Origin: Gemmata obscuriglobus
Lineage (GTDB): Bacteria; Planctomycetota; Planctomycetia; Gemmatales; Gemmataceae
Direction: 5' to 3'
Assembly (NCBI RefSeq): GCF_008065095.1
Contig: NZ_CP042911.1
Span: forward strand, 2,730,001 to 2,762,000
DNA: 32,000 bases
Position 1 is the first letter of the stretch, and every line of letters begins with the position of its first letter. The notes below the pieces were generated by a model. It had not been told where the DNA came from. It searched no databases and saw only the letters and a program-made list of their open reading frames with translations. Made by a program: the position numbers and the translations under genes. Of this stretch, positions 31,155-32,000 are shown one piece after another.

Positions 31155-31296
31155 ACGGGCGAGCGGACACAGGCGATCCGGTACTTGCGCGAGACTCGCC
31201 AGATGGCCCGCCGGGAGGCGGAACGCAAAGTGAAGGCGGTCGTCGCCGAGTTGGGGATGCAGTAGCGGACATCAGAGCCAATCACGGGAGGCACGA

Positions 31297-31851
31297 GTGG
31301 CGAAGCGAAAGAAGCCCGGCGCCGGGATCACCGAGGACGTGCGGCCCGCGTTTGAGGAGATCGCCCGGCTGGTTGAGACGTTCTGCCAGAAACACCTGAA
31401 CGAAGAGTACGCCGAACTCTGCCGACGCCTGACCGAGAAACTGGCCCGCAAGCGTCCGTCGCCGCTCCTCGGCGGCAAGCCGACCACCTGGGCCTGTGGC
31501 ATCGTGCGCACGGTCGGGTGGGTGAACTATTTAGACGACCGGGACCAGACGCCCCACATGAAGCTGACCGCCATCGACAAGGCGTTCGGGGTCGGCGAAA
31601 GTACGGGCCAGGGGAAGTCCGTGCTGATCCGCAAGATGTTCAAGATCAGGTCGATGGACCCGGCCTGGACGCTCCGCAGTCGAATGGACCGCAACCCGAC
31701 GGCCTGGATGATTCAGATCAACGGGTTCATCATCGACGCCCGGTATCTGAAGCGGGAGGTTCAGGAGGAGGCGCTTCGCAAGGGGCTGATCCCGTACATC
31801 CCCGAACGACCGCCGTCCGTTGCTGACGAGCAACCGGACACCGCGGAGTAG
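31297..31851 (+). CDS. Hypothetical protein, resembles DUF6398-type proteins (recollection, needs verification)
   Basis: GTG at 31297 lies 5 nt after GGGAGG. 184 aa of ordinary composition, containing HLNEEYAELCRRLTEKLARKRPSPLLGGKPTTWACGIV...INGFIIDARYL...GLIPYIP. Confidence 0.7.
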   Translation: MAKRKKPGAGITEDVRPAFEEIARLVETFCQKHLNEEYAELCRRLTEKLARKRPSPLLGGKPTTWACGIVRTVGWVNYLDDRDQTPHMKLTAIDKAFGVGESTGQGKSVLIRKMFKIRSMDPAWTLRSRMDRNPTAWMIQINGFIIDARYLKREVQEEALRKGLIPYIPERPPSVADEQPDTAE

Positions 31852-32000
31852 GACAACGGCGAAGTCGAAACCGGGAACGGTCGGCTCGCTACACGGGACG
31901 TGCAACCCTGTGTCGGGTGGATTTTGCAAAGGTAATAAAGCGATGGAAACGACGCTTTGAGAGCGACGCCCATCGCGGTAATCGCACAGTCAAAAATGTC

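Noticed and set aside
31152-31200. Selenocysteine recoding of the in-frame TGA
   Set aside because: I could find only a weak 6-bp pairing (ggcgag with ctcgcc) around a roughly 30-nt loop downstream. It is nothing like a bacterial SECIS hairpin placed immediately after the UGA. Pseudogene, sequencing error or readthrough are more likely.

Overview
This is a high-GC chromosomal window. Its gene content looks planctomycete or Gemmata-like, which is an inference from three things: tandem VTDAGLKEL-type leucine-rich-repeat proteins, an ECF sigma factor with a membrane-anchored C-terminal extension, and G/P-rich secreted proteins. The main feature is a 17,242-bp integrative element (3522-20763) inserted in the 3' end of a tRNA-Pro(GGG) gene and bounded by a perfect 45-bp direct repeat. 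The element encodes a tyrosine integrase, an excisionase-like HTH, an XRE-type regulator facing a divergent early operon, a Zn-ribbon/TOPRIM primase-like replication protein and its own sigma-70-family sigma factor. It also encodes an HK97-type major capsid protein, an S78 prohead protease and a possible tail-tube-like protein. I could not recognise a terminase, portal, tail-assembly or lysis gene. The element is therefore either a capsid-encoding satellite-like element or a heavily reduced prophage. It carries two visibly AT-rich cargo cassettes with HEPN-type abortive-infection signatures: an Rx4H HEPN protein right after the capsid gene, and an AbiV-like protein where portal and terminase would be expected. 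It also carries an opposite-strand secreted-protein moron, a class I methyltransferase and several unusually long perfect hairpins. Left of the element are two tandemly duplicated LRR genes and two small paralogous hypothetical genes. Right of it are two secreted proteins, tRNA-Leu(CAG), and a cluster of TspO, DUF2256, a methyltransferase-GNAT fusion, an ECF sigma, an SDR and DUF1990. That is followed by a 288-bp MITE-like element with 34-bp terminal inverted repeats, a small ORF interrupted by an in-frame TGA, and a DUF6398-like gene. All functional calls rest on motif recognition by eye, because no database search was possible.
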